Assembly: GCA_963663165.1 (NCBI GenBank)
Contig: OY760175.1
Span: forward strand, 3,872,001 to 3,936,000
DNA: 64,000 nucleotides
Direction: 5' to 3'
Origin: an uncultured Desulfospira sp.
GTDB lineage: Bacteria > Desulfobacterota > Desulfobacteria > Desulfobacterales > Desulfobacteraceae
The position numbers were made by a program, and so were the translations under genes. Positions 47,217 through 57,369 of the stretch are shown here, one piece after another (position 1 is the first letter of the stretch; each line of letters begins with the position of its first letter). The notes beneath the pieces are model-generated. The model saw only the letters and a program-made list of their open reading frames with translations, was not told the DNA's origin and did not search any database.

Positions 47217-48962
47217 TTATGGGTCAAGGCTAAGCCAGGCAAAGCCATAGGGACCAAGAGACAGGATGCTTTCAAAGGAAACCCGGTTTCCCGTTATCAC
47301 ATCCGTTGCCCTGGAAGTTGTGCCACATTCCCCAGTCATCTCCGGCATCTTTATATCAACGGGTTTATCGCAAATATTGTACAGGCATAAAATGGCCTGG
47401 GCATCCGGGCCGGAGGCTGTTTTTCTCACCACGGCAAGGGTTTGAGGGGTTGTCTCCAGGACCGCCTGGGCCGCGTCCGGATGAAAGGCCGGCTGTTTTT
47501 TTCTTAACAGGACCAGATCCCTGATCCGGGAAAAAACCTTGTGGTGGTGATCTTCAGTGTCGGCCAGGGCCTTTTTAAGGTCTTCATACGCCCAGATATG
47601 GCGGTTAACGGCCCGGTTGGACTGCAGGTTGTCCCGCCGGTCATAGTCGTTTTCCGTTCCCAGGAGGCTGTGGATATAGATGGCCGGAATGCCCTGAAGG
47701 CTAAGCATGACGGCGTGGGCGCAGACAAACCGGGGAAGCTGCCAGGGGTCAGGCCCCGTTTCAACGGTTCCTTTCATGGCGTCCCAGAGGCTGATATTGA
47801 TCTCGTAGGGGTTGTCCTGGTGATCGTTGAGGGCCCTTGTGGAAATCCTGGCCCCAAAGGTTTTCATGCAGGTGATCAGCCGGTCCATGTCAAGGTCGGA
47901 CAAAAGCCCCTCTACGGGGCGCAGGCCAATGCCGTCATGGGAGGCGATGAAATTTAAAAACGTGGTGTTGGCCATGACAGGGGGCAGGGTTTTCAGCCAG
48001 TGGGTCAGGGCCCCACTGTCCCCGGACACCATGGTATGGAGCAGCAGGGGCGGCAACGGAAAGTTATAGACTGCCTGGGCCTCGTCCCCCTGGCCGAGAT
48101 AGGCCAGGTTTTCGCTGCTGGGCACATTGGTCTCAGTGATGATCAACGCCCGGGGGGAACCTTCCCCTAAAAGGGTTCGAAACAATTTAATGATCTCATG
48201 GGTCTGGGCCAGGTGGAGGCAGGTGGTGCAGGCCTCTTTCCATAAAAAGGCCACGGCATCCAGCCTGAAAATTTCCACGCCCTTGTCCAGGTAATACCGG
48301 ATAATGGCCAGAAACTCGAACAGCACTTCCGGATTCTTAAAGTCCAGGTCCACCTGGTCATGGCTGAAGGTACACCAGACATGGCGGGGGCCGTCCGGGG
48401 TGGGCACCTCTCTGAGCAGCGGGCTGGTCCGGGGCCGGACCACCTGGGACAGGTCGCACTCGGGCGCCACCGTAACAAAATAATCTTTTCCCGGATCCAG
48501 TCCTTTTTTAAAATTCTCAAACCAGTAGGACCTGGACGAAGTATGGTTGAGGACCAGATCCGACATGAGGCGGCAGCGCTGTGAAATTCTTGTCACATCC
48601 TCCCAGTTTCCCAGGGCCGGGTTCACCCGGTAATAGTCCATGACCGCAAACCCGTCATCGGAAGAATAAGGAAAAAAGGGAAGAATATGAACAATGGAAA
48701 ACCCTTTGTTGAGATAGGTGTCAAGAAAATGGTCCAGGGTTTTTAAGGGCCGCTGGTCCGGTTCCGTGATGCTGTTGCCGTAGGTGATCAGGGCGATGTC
48801 TTCCTGGGACCAGGCCTCGGTGTTATCCGCCTCAGGGAAAGAAAAAGAGGGGTCATCCAGCTTGAAAACGCTGACGGCCCGCTCTGCCAGGGATTTGCTG
48901 TCTTTATCCGGGTAGATTTTTTCCAGGTGGGACTGAACCCGGGAGAAAAGAGCGGGGGGCAT
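47217..48962 (-). CDS. GH13_18 sugar phosphorylase (glucosylglycerate/sucrose phosphorylase-like)
   Basis: LITYG, VHILPFFPYSSDDGF, DLVLNH, WCTFSHDQVDL, RLDAVAFLWK, ITETNVP, ASHDGIG; start MPPALF at 48962. Confidence 0.9.
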   Translation of the reverse strand: MPPALFSRVQSHLEKIYPDKDSKSLAERAVSVFKLDDPSFSFPEADNTEAWSQEDIALITYGNSITEPDQRPLKTLDHFLDTYLNKGFSIVHILPFFPYSSDDGFAVMDYYRVNPALGNWEDVTRISQRCRLMSDLVLNHTSSRSYWFENFKKGLDPGKDYFVTVAPECDLSQVVRPRTSPLLREVPTPDGPRHVWCTFSHDQVDLDFKNPEVLFEFLAIIRYYLDKGVEIFRLDAVAFLWKEACTTCLHLAQTHEIIKLFRTLLGEGSPRALIITETNVPSSENLAYLGQGDEAQAVYNFPLPPLLLHTMVSGDSGALTHWLKTLPPVMANTTFLNFIASHDGIGLRPVEGLLSDLDMDRLITCMKTFGARISTRALNDHQDNPYEINISLWDAMKGTVETGPDPWQLPRFVCAHAVMLSLQGIPAIYIHSLLGTENDYDRRDNLQSNRAVNRHIWAYEDLKKALADTEDHHHKVFSRIRDLVLLRKKQPAFHPDAAQAVLETTPQTLAVVRKTASGPDAQAILCLYNICDKPVDIKMPEMTGECGTTSRATDVITGNRVSFESILSLGPYGFAWLSLDP

Positions 48963-48963
48963 G

Positions 48964-50187
48964 TCAGGCGCTGTACTCCTTGTAATCGGCTTCAACGGCT
49001 TTCTTGATCTGCTCCATAATGTCCGGAATGGCGCTTTTAACCCGGTTCCATGCCGGGATAAAGGGGACGGTGTGGGGCTCTTCCAGGTAGATCTGGCCCG
49101 CAGCCAGGATGTTCTGGGCAAACAGCTCCACAGCCTGCTCTTCTTTGTGCCGGTCCAGGACAAGCCCGTTCATCTTGGCATCGTTGTGGTAGATCTCTAC
49201 AAAATCAAGGGCTTTGCGGTAATAGGTGGCCTTGATGGTCCTGAATTTTTCCATGGAAAATTCAAACCCCTCTGTGGCCAGTTTCCTGAATATGGCCCGG
49301 GAGATGTCAATGCTCATCTTGGACAGGCCCGAATCCGAGTCATCCCGGCTCAACGGCTGATGCTTGTGGTCGTAGGTATCGGCAATGTCTACCTGGCAGA
49401 GCCGGTTATTGGAGTAGTTCCGCTTCATTTCATAAAGGATGCCGACCTCCAGGCCCCAGTCCGTGGGCATTCTCAAATCATTGAGAACCTCGGTCCGCAT
49501 GGAAAATTCCCCGGCCAGAGGGTATCTGAAGCTTTCCAGATAATCCAGGGATTCGCTGCAGCCGCAAATCATTTTAAGGGCGGAAAGCAGTGGAGAGACC
49601 AGCAGCCGGCTGACCCGTCCGTTGACCTTGGATTCGGTAAACCGTGCATAATATCCCTTGCAAAAATAATAGGAAAAATCCGGATGGGCCACCGGATAGA
49701 TGAGCCGGGCCAGAAGGGACCGCTCATAGGTCAGGATATCACAGTCATGAAGGGCTACGGCATCGGTCATGCCTGAGGCCATGACATAGCCGAAGCAGTA
49801 CCATACGTTTCTGCCTTTTCCGGGTTCTGTGGGGGCCAGCTTTATCTGGGATAATTTCTCATCAATGGCCCTTAACCGTGGGCCGTCGTTCCATAAAATC
49901 CGGTGGTGCTGGGGCAGCCTTGAAAAAAATTTGAGGGCATGCCGGAACTGATCTTCATCCGCCCGGTCCAGCCCGATGACAATCTGGTTGAGGTAGTTGA
50001 CCTTGGCCAGTTTTTTGACAATTTCTTCTAGCGCATCGCCCTCCAGTTCGCTGTAAAGGGACGGCAGTACCAGCCCCAACCGACGGGTTTTTGAAAAGGT
50101 CTCAAGCTGGGCCTCAAGTTCTTCCACGGGCTGCCGGGCCAGGTTGTGGAGGATGGTGATAATCCCGTTTTGATGAAAGTCTCCCAC
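48964..50187 (-). CDS. glucosyl-3-phosphoglycerate synthase-like glycosyltransferase
   Basis: MGDFHQNG.I..LH.L, LPSLYSELEG, GKGRNVW, HDCDI, KGYY.R, GRV.RL, YPLAGEF, DWGLEVG, YDHKHQ. Confidence 0.82.
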   Translation of the reverse strand: MGDFHQNGIITILHNLARQPVEELEAQLETFSKTRRLGLVLPSLYSELEGDALEEIVKKLAKVNYLNQIVIGLDRADEDQFRHALKFFSRLPQHHRILWNDGPRLRAIDEKLSQIKLAPTEPGKGRNVWYCFGYVMASGMTDAVALHDCDILTYERSLLARLIYPVAHPDFSYYFCKGYYARFTESKVNGRVSRLLVSPLLSALKMICGCSESLDYLESFRYPLAGEFSMRTEVLNDLRMPTDWGLEVGILYEMKRNYSNNRLCQVDIADTYDHKHQPLSRDDSDSGLSKMSIDISRAIFRKLATEGFEFSMEKFRTIKATYYRKALDFVEIYHNDAKMNGLVLDRHKEEQAVELFAQNILAAGQIYLEEPHTVPFIPAWNRVKSAIPDIMEQIKKAVEADYKEYSA

Positions 50188-50250
50188 GCAAATTTCTCCT
50201 TTTAAAAGCCGTTAGCGATTTATCATCTCCGCTTTCCGGTCTCCCGTCTC

Positions 50251-51108
50251 CTATTCTTCCCATTCCGGTTCAAAAATCTCTTTAATGGCCTGGTTCCAGC
50301 CTTTAGGACCGGGTTCAAGGGTTCTGATGATTTTATCATCCGGGCGATCAAGCTGAACCTGGTCCGACCGGGCGGATTTGACCACAACAGCCATATCCAT
50401 CATATTCAGCATGGCCTGATCGTTGGGGCTGTCACCCAGGCCAATGGTAACAAAGGGACAGCGCCTGTCAAGTTCATATAGCTCCATGAGCAGCCGGACC
50501 CCGTCTTTTTTATCAAACGGACGGGAAATGGAAACAAACCGGCCGCCCTGAACCCAGGCAAGGCCTGCGTCTGAGAGATCTGCAGCAAAATCGGCCCACT
50601 GGTCCTCACTTCCCTGCCAGAGAATGGGTTCGGTACTTAACCGCTCTTTGGCCAGGGCGGCTGACGCCTGGGAAAGACCGGTATATTGGCAAATTTCTGA
50701 AAGATCCATGTCGGCAAAACCGGTAAAGGCATATTTTTTTTCTTCCCGGATGGTGTTTAAAATATCAAGCAGCTCCTGCCTGGAACCGCCCAACCGCTTA
50801 ACCCACTGCCCCTTTAGCCATTCGAACCCCCATTCTTCCAGCAGTGTTTTTGAAAAATACCCGTCTTCCACCCCCACCACAGACCCGTTTTCCGAAATAA
50901 AGGGATGAGGATTTCTCATTTGGGCCTTAAGGCGGCAGATTTCTTCCAGGGTCTTGCTGGAATTAAGTACCAGGGGAATCTTTCGTTTCTCAAGGAAATC
51001 CAGGGCCGGTTGTGCCGGTTCGTACCCATAGGTATCATGGTCCAGCAGGGTACCGTCAAGGTCAGTAAATATAATTGGCATATCGCCGGGCAGAATATTC
51101 ATGGGCAT
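50251..51108 (-). CDS. HAD-IIB mannosyl/glucosyl-3-phosphoglycerate phosphatase
   Basis: FTDLDGTLLD, NSSKT, ISENG, GGRF, DK, GLGDSPND..ML, GPKGW. Confidence 0.88.
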   Translation of the reverse strand: MPMNILPGDMPIIFTDLDGTLLDHDTYGYEPAQPALDFLEKRKIPLVLNSSKTLEEICRLKAQMRNPHPFISENGSVVGVEDGYFSKTLLEEWGFEWLKGQWVKRLGGSRQELLDILNTIREEKKYAFTGFADMDLSEICQYTGLSQASAALAKERLSTEPILWQGSEDQWADFAADLSDAGLAWVQGGRFVSISRPFDKKDGVRLLMELYELDRRCPFVTIGLGDSPNDQAMLNMMDMAVVVKSARSDQVQLDRPDDKIIRTLEPGPKGWNQAIKEIFEPEWEE

Positions 51109-51112
51109 GCTC

Positions 51113-51622
51113 TTAAGATTGGACTGAAAGGGTTTTAAGGGTTTGGATATAAGTTTCCTGAATAATAAAGGCATCGGTGGATGCCCTGTGGCGGGTGGCA
51201 TGAAGGGTTTGAATCAGGCTGTCTTTGGTCGCATGCCAGATGTCCATCTGCTGCTCGGAAAGAATCCGTTCCAGGGGGCTGATTCGAAAAAGCCTTCTTA
51301 CCCCTGCCGTATCAAAAAGCCGGTTGATCCAGGGTTTGTCAACCACCCAGCCATCGGTATAGACCGTACGGTCTCCTAAAAGATCGTTCAGCTCCACCGC
51401 AGCCTGGTCCGGCGGGATCCCGTTTTCAAATAAAATCTCCCGCCTGATCCCGTGGGTGGCTTCGGCCTTTTCGTCCCAATGGATCCAGTTCCCGGCCGGG
51501 ACAATGAGCCGGCAGTACCGGCTCCCCTTTTCCAGGGCCAGGCCGACTTCAATAGGATATCCGTCCGGGCCGAATCCAGAGGCTTCAACATCAATAATGA
51601 AAGGGCGAAGTGGTCTATTCAT
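51113..51622 (-). CDS. DEDDh 3'-5' exonuclease-like protein
   Basis: IIDVEASG, PIEVG, HGI, D.....D..W, HRAS.DA. Confidence 0.7.
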   Translation of the reverse strand: MNRPLRPFIIDVEASGFGPDGYPIEVGLALEKGSRYCRLIVPAGNWIHWDEKAEATHGIRREILFENGIPPDQAAVELNDLLGDRTVYTDGWVVDKPWINRLFDTAGVRRLFRISPLERILSEQQMDIWHATKDSLIQTLHATRHRASTDAFIIQETYIQTLKTLSVQS

Positions 51623-51759
51623 CACATTTTGGCGGTTAACAGGTGAACAAAGAAAAACTTTTTTTGCAACTGTCCGGTATTGTAACACACCATTGGCAGG
51701 GGACAAAGAAAAATATCCCCGGCATCGTAACCTAACCGCCCACTATGCCCCTTTATTCA

Positions 51760-52092
51760 TTAAAATATTTTTCCAAAATCAGCGGCGGCAGCACCCACTC
51801 CGGGATCGGTTTCGCCGTCCTCAAGGTTGCTGATCAGCCTGGCCAGGTCCTTGCCGTCCACATCCCGGTCCCGGTCAAGGTCCGTGCTCAGCCCCACCAG
51901 GACAGGGCTGGCCATTTCACTCTCATTGCCGAAATCATCATAAGCCCTGATCCCGACAAAGTAGTTGTCCCACCCAAGGCCCAGCACCTGAAAATCCGTC
52001 AGCCCCACATCCCCCATGTCCGTCATGCCGGAAGCCGTTTCGCCCTTGAATATCCGGTATCCGGCCGCCCAGCCCGAATGACAGCCCGGCGC
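51760..52092 (-). pseudogene. C-terminal remnant of a secreted fibronectin-III/dockerin-like protein
   Basis: AGYRIF.G...YFVGIRAYD..GNESE (FnIII end) and DLDRDRDVDGKDLA (dockerin/EF-hand-like); no 5' part, adjacent to an IS relic. Confidence 0.55.
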
Positions 52093-52216
52093 TTACCTTG
52101 AAATCCAGTTCGATTTCAAACATCTGCTGCTCAATGTCATTAACTTAAGAGTTTTCATCACTAAAAGTTAGGACGGCTCTTATTAATCTCAAAACAAGCG
52201 TGAGATAAGTAATAAA

Positions 52217-52375
52217 ATGGCATATAATATTCTTGCCGGTGGCACCTGCCTTCAGGATATTGAGCTGCTCAGAAACAATGAAGCCTGGTTGAATGCTCTG
52301 GATGCAGAAATTATCCCCGATCCCACTACAGCCGGAGACTTTTTGCGCCGGTTTTCCAAGGAAGATATCATAACA
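52217..52375 (+). pseudogene. IS1380-family transposase fragment
   Basis: AYNILAGG.CL.DIELLRNNEA.LNAL.A..IPDPTTAGDF.RRF resembles the IS1380 N-terminal region; the ORF continues to 52471 in unrelated-looking sequence. Confidence 0.75.
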
Positions 52376-52735
52376 GGGAATTTAAGCAATGAACCACAAC
52401 ACAATCGGCAGTATTCCAAAAAACATCAGGACTCGTGCGTCTGTTTGATGGAAATTGGAGACACAAAATAATAGCTCGGGTCGCCGATTGCTTATGAGAA
52501 ATTCATTCCCAACAACACCGCCACATCCGGTCTCCTTTTTTTACATCAAACAATCGGCAGATTACACACGATCACCCTGTTCCCGCAGGATACCCTGTGC
52601 GGCCGGATGGATGTCTGTTGTTTTTACACCCTGAAAAGAAAATTGATACGAGGTTAACTTTCCCGGGCTCATGTTAAAGTGGAAAAATTAACCAACGCCC
52701 TGTGCACAAAGGGTTTGAACAAATTGACCCGACCC

Positions 52736-52751
52736 AGGCACGAAAGGTGCA
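52736..52751 (+). promoter_or_regulatory. putative sigma-54 -24/-12 promoter of the TRAP operon
   Basis: AGGCACGAAAGGTGCA = GG-N10-GC with GGCACG core, about 47 bp before the dctM ATG. Confidence 0.5.
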
Positions 52752-52797
52752 TTTGCAAAAACCAGTGCCATATATTGAATATCCAAAGGGGGTGTTA

Positions 52798-54105
52798 ATG
52801 GATCCAATTCTCATCGGGATTATCGGTATCATCTGCCTGATCATTTTACTGTTCATGGGAACTGAAGTCGGCATGTCCATGCTGGTTGTCGGATTTTTCG
52901 GGTTTGCCGCCGTTGTCAATTTCAAAGGGGCCATGGGTATATTAAAAACCGTTTTCTACAGTACCGGTACCAATTACACGTTAACGGTTATTCCTCTTTT
53001 TGTACTGATGGGCCAGTTCGCCTTTCACTCCGGCCTGAGCAAACAGCTTTATAATGCCTGTTATAAGCAGCTAGGGCGCCTCCCCGGTGGGCTTGGGGTC
53101 GCCACTGTGGGCGCCTGTGCTTTTTTTTCGGCCATATGCGGTTCAAGCACGGCAACGGCTGCCACCTTCGGCTCGGTCGCCCTTCCCGAAATGAAACGGT
53201 ATGGCTATGACCCGGGCATATCCACCGGTGCTGTTGTGGCCGGGGGTACGCTTGGCATCCTCATTCCGCCAAGTGTGGGGTTTATCGTTTATGGGGTCAT
53301 TGCCGAGCAGTCCATTGGTAAATTGTTTGCCGCAGGAATTTTGCCGGGAGTCGTCCTCTGCCTGTGCTATATGTCCGTTATCATTATACAATGCATTTAC
53401 AACCCCAAGCTTGGCCCCAAAAGCGAGCGTTTTGCCTTTTCGGAAATCTGCAAATCAATCATCAGCATCATTCCTGTTTTTGTTCTGTTCCTTGTTGTCA
53501 TTGGCGGCATTTTTTTAGGCATTTTTACGGCCAACGAGGGGTCTGCCGTCGGCGCCTTTTGCTCATTGCTGTACATGATCTGGAGACGGTCTGCCACACT
53601 AGAAAATATCACCAAATCCCTGACAGACACCGCCAAAACAACGGCCATGATTTTTTTGATCATTATTGGTGCCAACACCTTTGGCTATTTCCTGGCCACC
53701 ACCCAGATCCCCATGACACTTGCAGCCGCCATCTCGGATATGAATGTCAACCGCTACCTGATTCTGGCCACGATCCTGATCCTTTATGTGTTCATGGGCA
53801 TGCTCATGGATTCATTATCCATGATTATGCTGACCGTTCCCATCTTTCTGCCCGTAATTCATGTTCTGGAGTTTAATCCCATCTGGTTTGGAGTTCTGAT
53901 GGTCTTGATGCAGGAAATGGGGCAGATATCGCCTCCGGTTGGGATGAATATTTTTGTCATCAAAGGCATTGTGGGCCGTTCCATACCGACGTCCAAAATC
54001 TTTAAAGGCGTTATCCCCCATGTCATAGCACTGATTGCGGCCATCATTATCATGATCATTTTTCCGCAAATTCCCATGTTTTTACCTGATCTTCTGTATC
54101 AATAA
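52798..54105 (+). CDS. dctM: TRAP transporter large permease
   Basis: IPLFVLMG, LPGGL, AICGSSTATAA, GGTLGILIPPS, PPVGMN; many TM helices. Confidence 0.92.
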   Translation: MDPILIGIIGIICLIILLFMGTEVGMSMLVVGFFGFAAVVNFKGAMGILKTVFYSTGTNYTLTVIPLFVLMGQFAFHSGLSKQLYNACYKQLGRLPGGLGVATVGACAFFSAICGSSTATAATFGSVALPEMKRYGYDPGISTGAVVAGGTLGILIPPSVGFIVYGVIAEQSIGKLFAAGILPGVVLCLCYMSVIIIQCIYNPKLGPKSERFAFSEICKSIISIIPVFVLFLVVIGGIFLGIFTANEGSAVGAFCSLLYMIWRRSATLENITKSLTDTAKTTAMIFLIIIGANTFGYFLATTQIPMTLAAAISDMNVNRYLILATILILYVFMGMLMDSLSMIMLTVPIFLPVIHVLEFNPIWFGVLMVLMQEMGQISPPVGMNIFVIKGIVGRSIPTSKIFKGVIPHVIALIAAIIIMIIFPQIPMFLPDLLYQ

Positions 54106-54123
54106 TAATTAGAAGGGGGCGAG

Positions 54124-54645
54124 ATGAAGCCACTTTATGCCATAACTCAAAAAATCAGCAAAATAATGGTGCTCGTCAGTTCTGCGGCCATCTTATTGAT
54201 GATGCTGCTGATGCTTGCGGATATCACGCTGCGCCTGATTCTAAACAAACCCATTATCGGTTCTTTTGAAATTATTGAACAAATGATGGTAATCATCGTC
54301 TTCTTTGCTTTCGGATACACCCAGATAGAAAAAGGGCATATCTGTGTCGATGTGGTGACCACTGCGGTGCCGGAAAAGGTGCGTGATATCCTCAATGTCA
54401 TTACTTCCTGTATCGGTGTAACAATGATGGGGCTTGCCTCCTATGCAAGCTCCCAACAGATTATAAAGGAGTTTACAAAACAATCGACCACATCAACATT
54501 GCTGATACCGCTTTATCCGTTTCTGGCCATTGTTTCACTAGGCGTTTTTTTTCTTGGATTGTGCATGCTGCTGGACTTGATCACCGCTTTTGCGGATTTA
54601 TTCGGCAAAGGTGATTGGGGTTTCGATAATGGCGATAATGCCTAA
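54124..54645 (+). CDS. dctQ: TRAP transporter small permease
   Basis: Four TM helices, PI.GS.E, GHI.VD. Confidence 0.88.
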   Translation: MKPLYAITQKISKIMVLVSSAAILLMMLLMLADITLRLILNKPIIGSFEIIEQMMVIIVFFAFGYTQIEKGHICVDVVTTAVPEKVRDILNVITSCIGVTMMGLASYASSQQIIKEFTKQSTTSTLLIPLYPFLAIVSLGVFFLGLCMLLDLITAFADLFGKGDWGFDNGDNA

Positions 54646-54666
54646 AAACCAAAAGGAGAGAAAAAT

Positions 54667-55713
54667 ATGAAAAGTATAAACCGTATGGTGACCCACCTGC
54701 TTCTCGTTGGATTCCTGGCAACGTCTGTATTTCTTGTGGGAAGCAGCCCAGACTGCCAGGCCGCCGACAAGGTCATAAAGTTTAAACTGCATCACCACGA
54801 CCCCCTGACCGCAACCGTGGCAAGGGATATTGACCGCTGGGTCAAAAAGGTTGAACAGAATGGCAACGGAAAAATCAAGATCACGATCTATCCTTCGGCA
54901 ACCCTTGGTTCCCCAAAAGATGCCTATGACATGGTAGAGAACGGGGTCTGCGACATTGCCTGGGGATTTACCGGATTCATGGCCGGGGTTTTCCCCGTCA
55001 GCGAGGGCCTTTCCCTGCCCATGCAAGGCCTTAAGAACTGCGAACACGGCACCAAGGTATTGATGGATATGTATGAAAATACCGATATGCTAAAGCCCGA
55101 ATATGAAAAGATACATCTCATATTCATCCATGCGCTGTCGGCCTATCCCATCGGTACAAAAAAGAAACAAATTACCACTTTTGAGGATTTAAAAGGACTC
55201 AAGCTCCGGGTTCCCGGCGGGCCTCCCACCAGTTATATGATTCATGCCGGTGCGTCACCCATGAATATTGTCACGCCGGAACTTTACACCTCCCTGGAGC
55301 GCAGGGTCATCGACGGCGTTGCCTTTGACTGGACCGGACTGGTCAGTTTCAAACTTTATGAGCAGCTTGATCACGTTCTGGACTGCGGCCTGGCAACAGG
55401 GGTCTCCTGGTTTGCCGTGAACAAGGAAAAATGGGCATCCCTGCCGGATGATGTCAAGGCCGCATTTGATAAAGAAAGCGGTTTCAAAGGGGCCCAGGAG
55501 TTTGCCCAGTTCTGGGACAATGATACCAGAAAATTTATGGAGTCCTCTTTTAAAGGTAAAATTAATACCCTGTCAGACGCCGAACAGGCCAAATGGCAGG
55601 CAAATGCGGACCAGGAAGCGCAGAACTGGATTAAGGACATGAACGCAAAAGGATATGACGGACAGGCCATTTACAACAAATACAAAGAGTTGATCGCCAA
55701 ATACGCAAAATAA
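54667..55713 (+). CDS. dctP: TRAP transporter substrate-binding protein
   Basis: Signal peptide; GKIKI.IYP..TLG, DLKGLKLR, ELY.SLER.VIDG, W.SLPDD. Confidence 0.9.
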   Translation: MKSINRMVTHLLLVGFLATSVFLVGSSPDCQAADKVIKFKLHHHDPLTATVARDIDRWVKKVEQNGNGKIKITIYPSATLGSPKDAYDMVENGVCDIAWGFTGFMAGVFPVSEGLSLPMQGLKNCEHGTKVLMDMYENTDMLKPEYEKIHLIFIHALSAYPIGTKKKQITTFEDLKGLKLRVPGGPPTSYMIHAGASPMNIVTPELYTSLERRVIDGVAFDWTGLVSFKLYEQLDHVLDCGLATGVSWFAVNKEKWASLPDDVKAAFDKESGFKGAQEFAQFWDNDTRKFMESSFKGKINTLSDAEQAKWQANADQEAQNWIKDMNAKGYDGQAIYNKYKELIAKYAK

Positions 55714-55756
55714 AAGGAAACCGTAAACTTTTTCCACTCGATAGCCTGAAAACGAC

Positions 55757-55801
55757 AACAGCGCTTCTTTTCATTGCCGTGAAGAGAAGCGCTGTTGTTT
55801 T
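55757..55801 (+). terminator. intrinsic terminator after dctP
   Basis: AACAGCGCTTCTTTTCA...TGAAGAGAAGCGCTGTT followed by a T-rich tail. Confidence 0.7.
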
Positions 55802-55832
55802 GCTTAGTTTTCAGCATTAGCTGAATAGTTAC
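55797..55832 (-). repeat. 36-bp repeat element end, second copy
   Basis: Exact reverse complement of 39772-39807. Confidence 0.85.
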
Positions 55833-56021
55833 ATCTTTCTTTCGAAAAAAGGAGGGGGCTTTATCACGTTGGCGTTTATTGCCCAATTTAAAGCTATTCA
55901 TAATATGATTCTTAAATTAAGTCATAATAATTAATAAGTCATTAAATATATTTACAATTATCAAAATATTATTTATGATAAAAGCTATTCATATTATTAA
56001 CCATTAATTATTATACACCCC

Positions 56022-57338
56022 ATGACATCAATTACCGATTACTTAACCAGAGGCCCTTGTTCATCAAAAGAACTCCAACGGGCTGTTGGGTTAAGCCAAA
56101 GCTCTATTTCCAGGGCACTTCAGCAACTGGGGGATTCGATTGTCTCTGTGCAGGAAGGCCGGACCGTTAAATATGCCGCCACATGCAATGCCTTTGGGGT
56201 GAATGACAAAATCCCTTTGAGTGTCATAAATGAAAATGGGCAATGTCGGCGGATTGCCTATGTCCGGCCGTTGAACTGCGGTTATTTTTATGTGGATCCC
56301 GCCCATCCCCCGGATTTCCCTTTGGCATTGTCAGGGGAAAACCGCCTCGGGCTATACAAAGACCTCCCTTATTTCCTTTTTGATTTAAGGCCCCAGGGAT
56401 TTCTTGGCCGGCAAATAGCCAAAACAATCGGTGCGTATAATTCTGAGTTTCCGCCGGACCCTCAAAAGTGGAACACGAATCATATCGGCCGGTATCTGAT
56501 TTTCAACGGCGAGGACACCCCGGGCAATATCATATTGGGGGAACAGCTGTTTTCAAGCCCGAGGCAACCTCCTGTCCCTGTTTCGCTGTCCCAATACCCC
56601 CAATGGGCCGAAAAAATCCTGAAAGGGGAACACCCGGGATCTTCCGCCGGCGGGGAACAGCCCAAATTCGCAGTCTTTAACAAAGAATCATTTTCCCATG
56701 TCATTGTTAAATTTTCCCCTCAGGGGGAGAACGAGATCGCCCAAAGATGGAAAGATATCCTGATAACCGAATATTATACCTGTGCTGTTCTTTCCAAAAA
56801 TGGTTACCCGGCCCCTGATTTACAGCTCATGGAAATGGAAGGCCGGTTGTTTCTGCAGTCCCGGCGATTTGACCGGCACGGGGAATTTGGCCGGTCCTCC
56901 ATGCTCAGCCTGGATATTCTGGACAGGGAATTTTCAGGAATTGGAAATGATTGGGCCAGGGTGGCAGGGGAACTGTTCAATCAGGGATGGGTGAACCGGC
57001 AGGACATGGAGACGGTCAAAGAGCTGTCCTGTTTCGGCAGACTTATCCATAATACGGATATGCACCTGGGGAATCTGAGTTTTGCCATGGAACAGGACTC
57101 TTTTAGGTTGCTGCCAATATATGATATGTGTGCCATGGGATTTGCCCCCCAAAGCGGAGAACTCCTGCCGTTTGAGTTCCAATGCACCAGGGATTTTAAC
57201 GAAAACTTAACAACCGGCCAAATGGATAAGGTTCAAAAAATGGCATTTGATTTCTGGGAAGCCCTTGCCCTTGATCACAGAATTTCAAATGGGTTTAAAA
57301 ATTATCTGAATCAAGGCAATCCTGTAAACGGCGGTTGA
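56022..57338 (+). CDS. yjjJ: HipA-like kinase toxin with N-terminal HTH (YjjJ family)
   Basis: N-terminal HTH (GLSQSSISRAL), DLRPQGFLGR, GSSAGGEQPKF, VIVKFS, RFDR, FG.LI.NTDMHLGN, P.YDM. Confidence 0.87.
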   Translation: MTSITDYLTRGPCSSKELQRAVGLSQSSISRALQQLGDSIVSVQEGRTVKYAATCNAFGVNDKIPLSVINENGQCRRIAYVRPLNCGYFYVDPAHPPDFPLALSGENRLGLYKDLPYFLFDLRPQGFLGRQIAKTIGAYNSEFPPDPQKWNTNHIGRYLIFNGEDTPGNIILGEQLFSSPRQPPVPVSLSQYPQWAEKILKGEHPGSSAGGEQPKFAVFNKESFSHVIVKFSPQGENEIAQRWKDILITEYYTCAVLSKNGYPAPDLQLMEMEGRLFLQSRRFDRHGEFGRSSMLSLDILDREFSGIGNDWARVAGELFNQGWVNRQDMETVKELSCFGRLIHNTDMHLGNLSFAMEQDSFRLLPIYDMCAMGFAPQSGELLPFEFQCTRDFNENLTTGQMDKVQKMAFDFWEALALDHRISNGFKNYLNQGNPVNGG

Positions 57339-57369
57339 TCTGAACCCGAATTCCGGTGACGGTTCAGGG

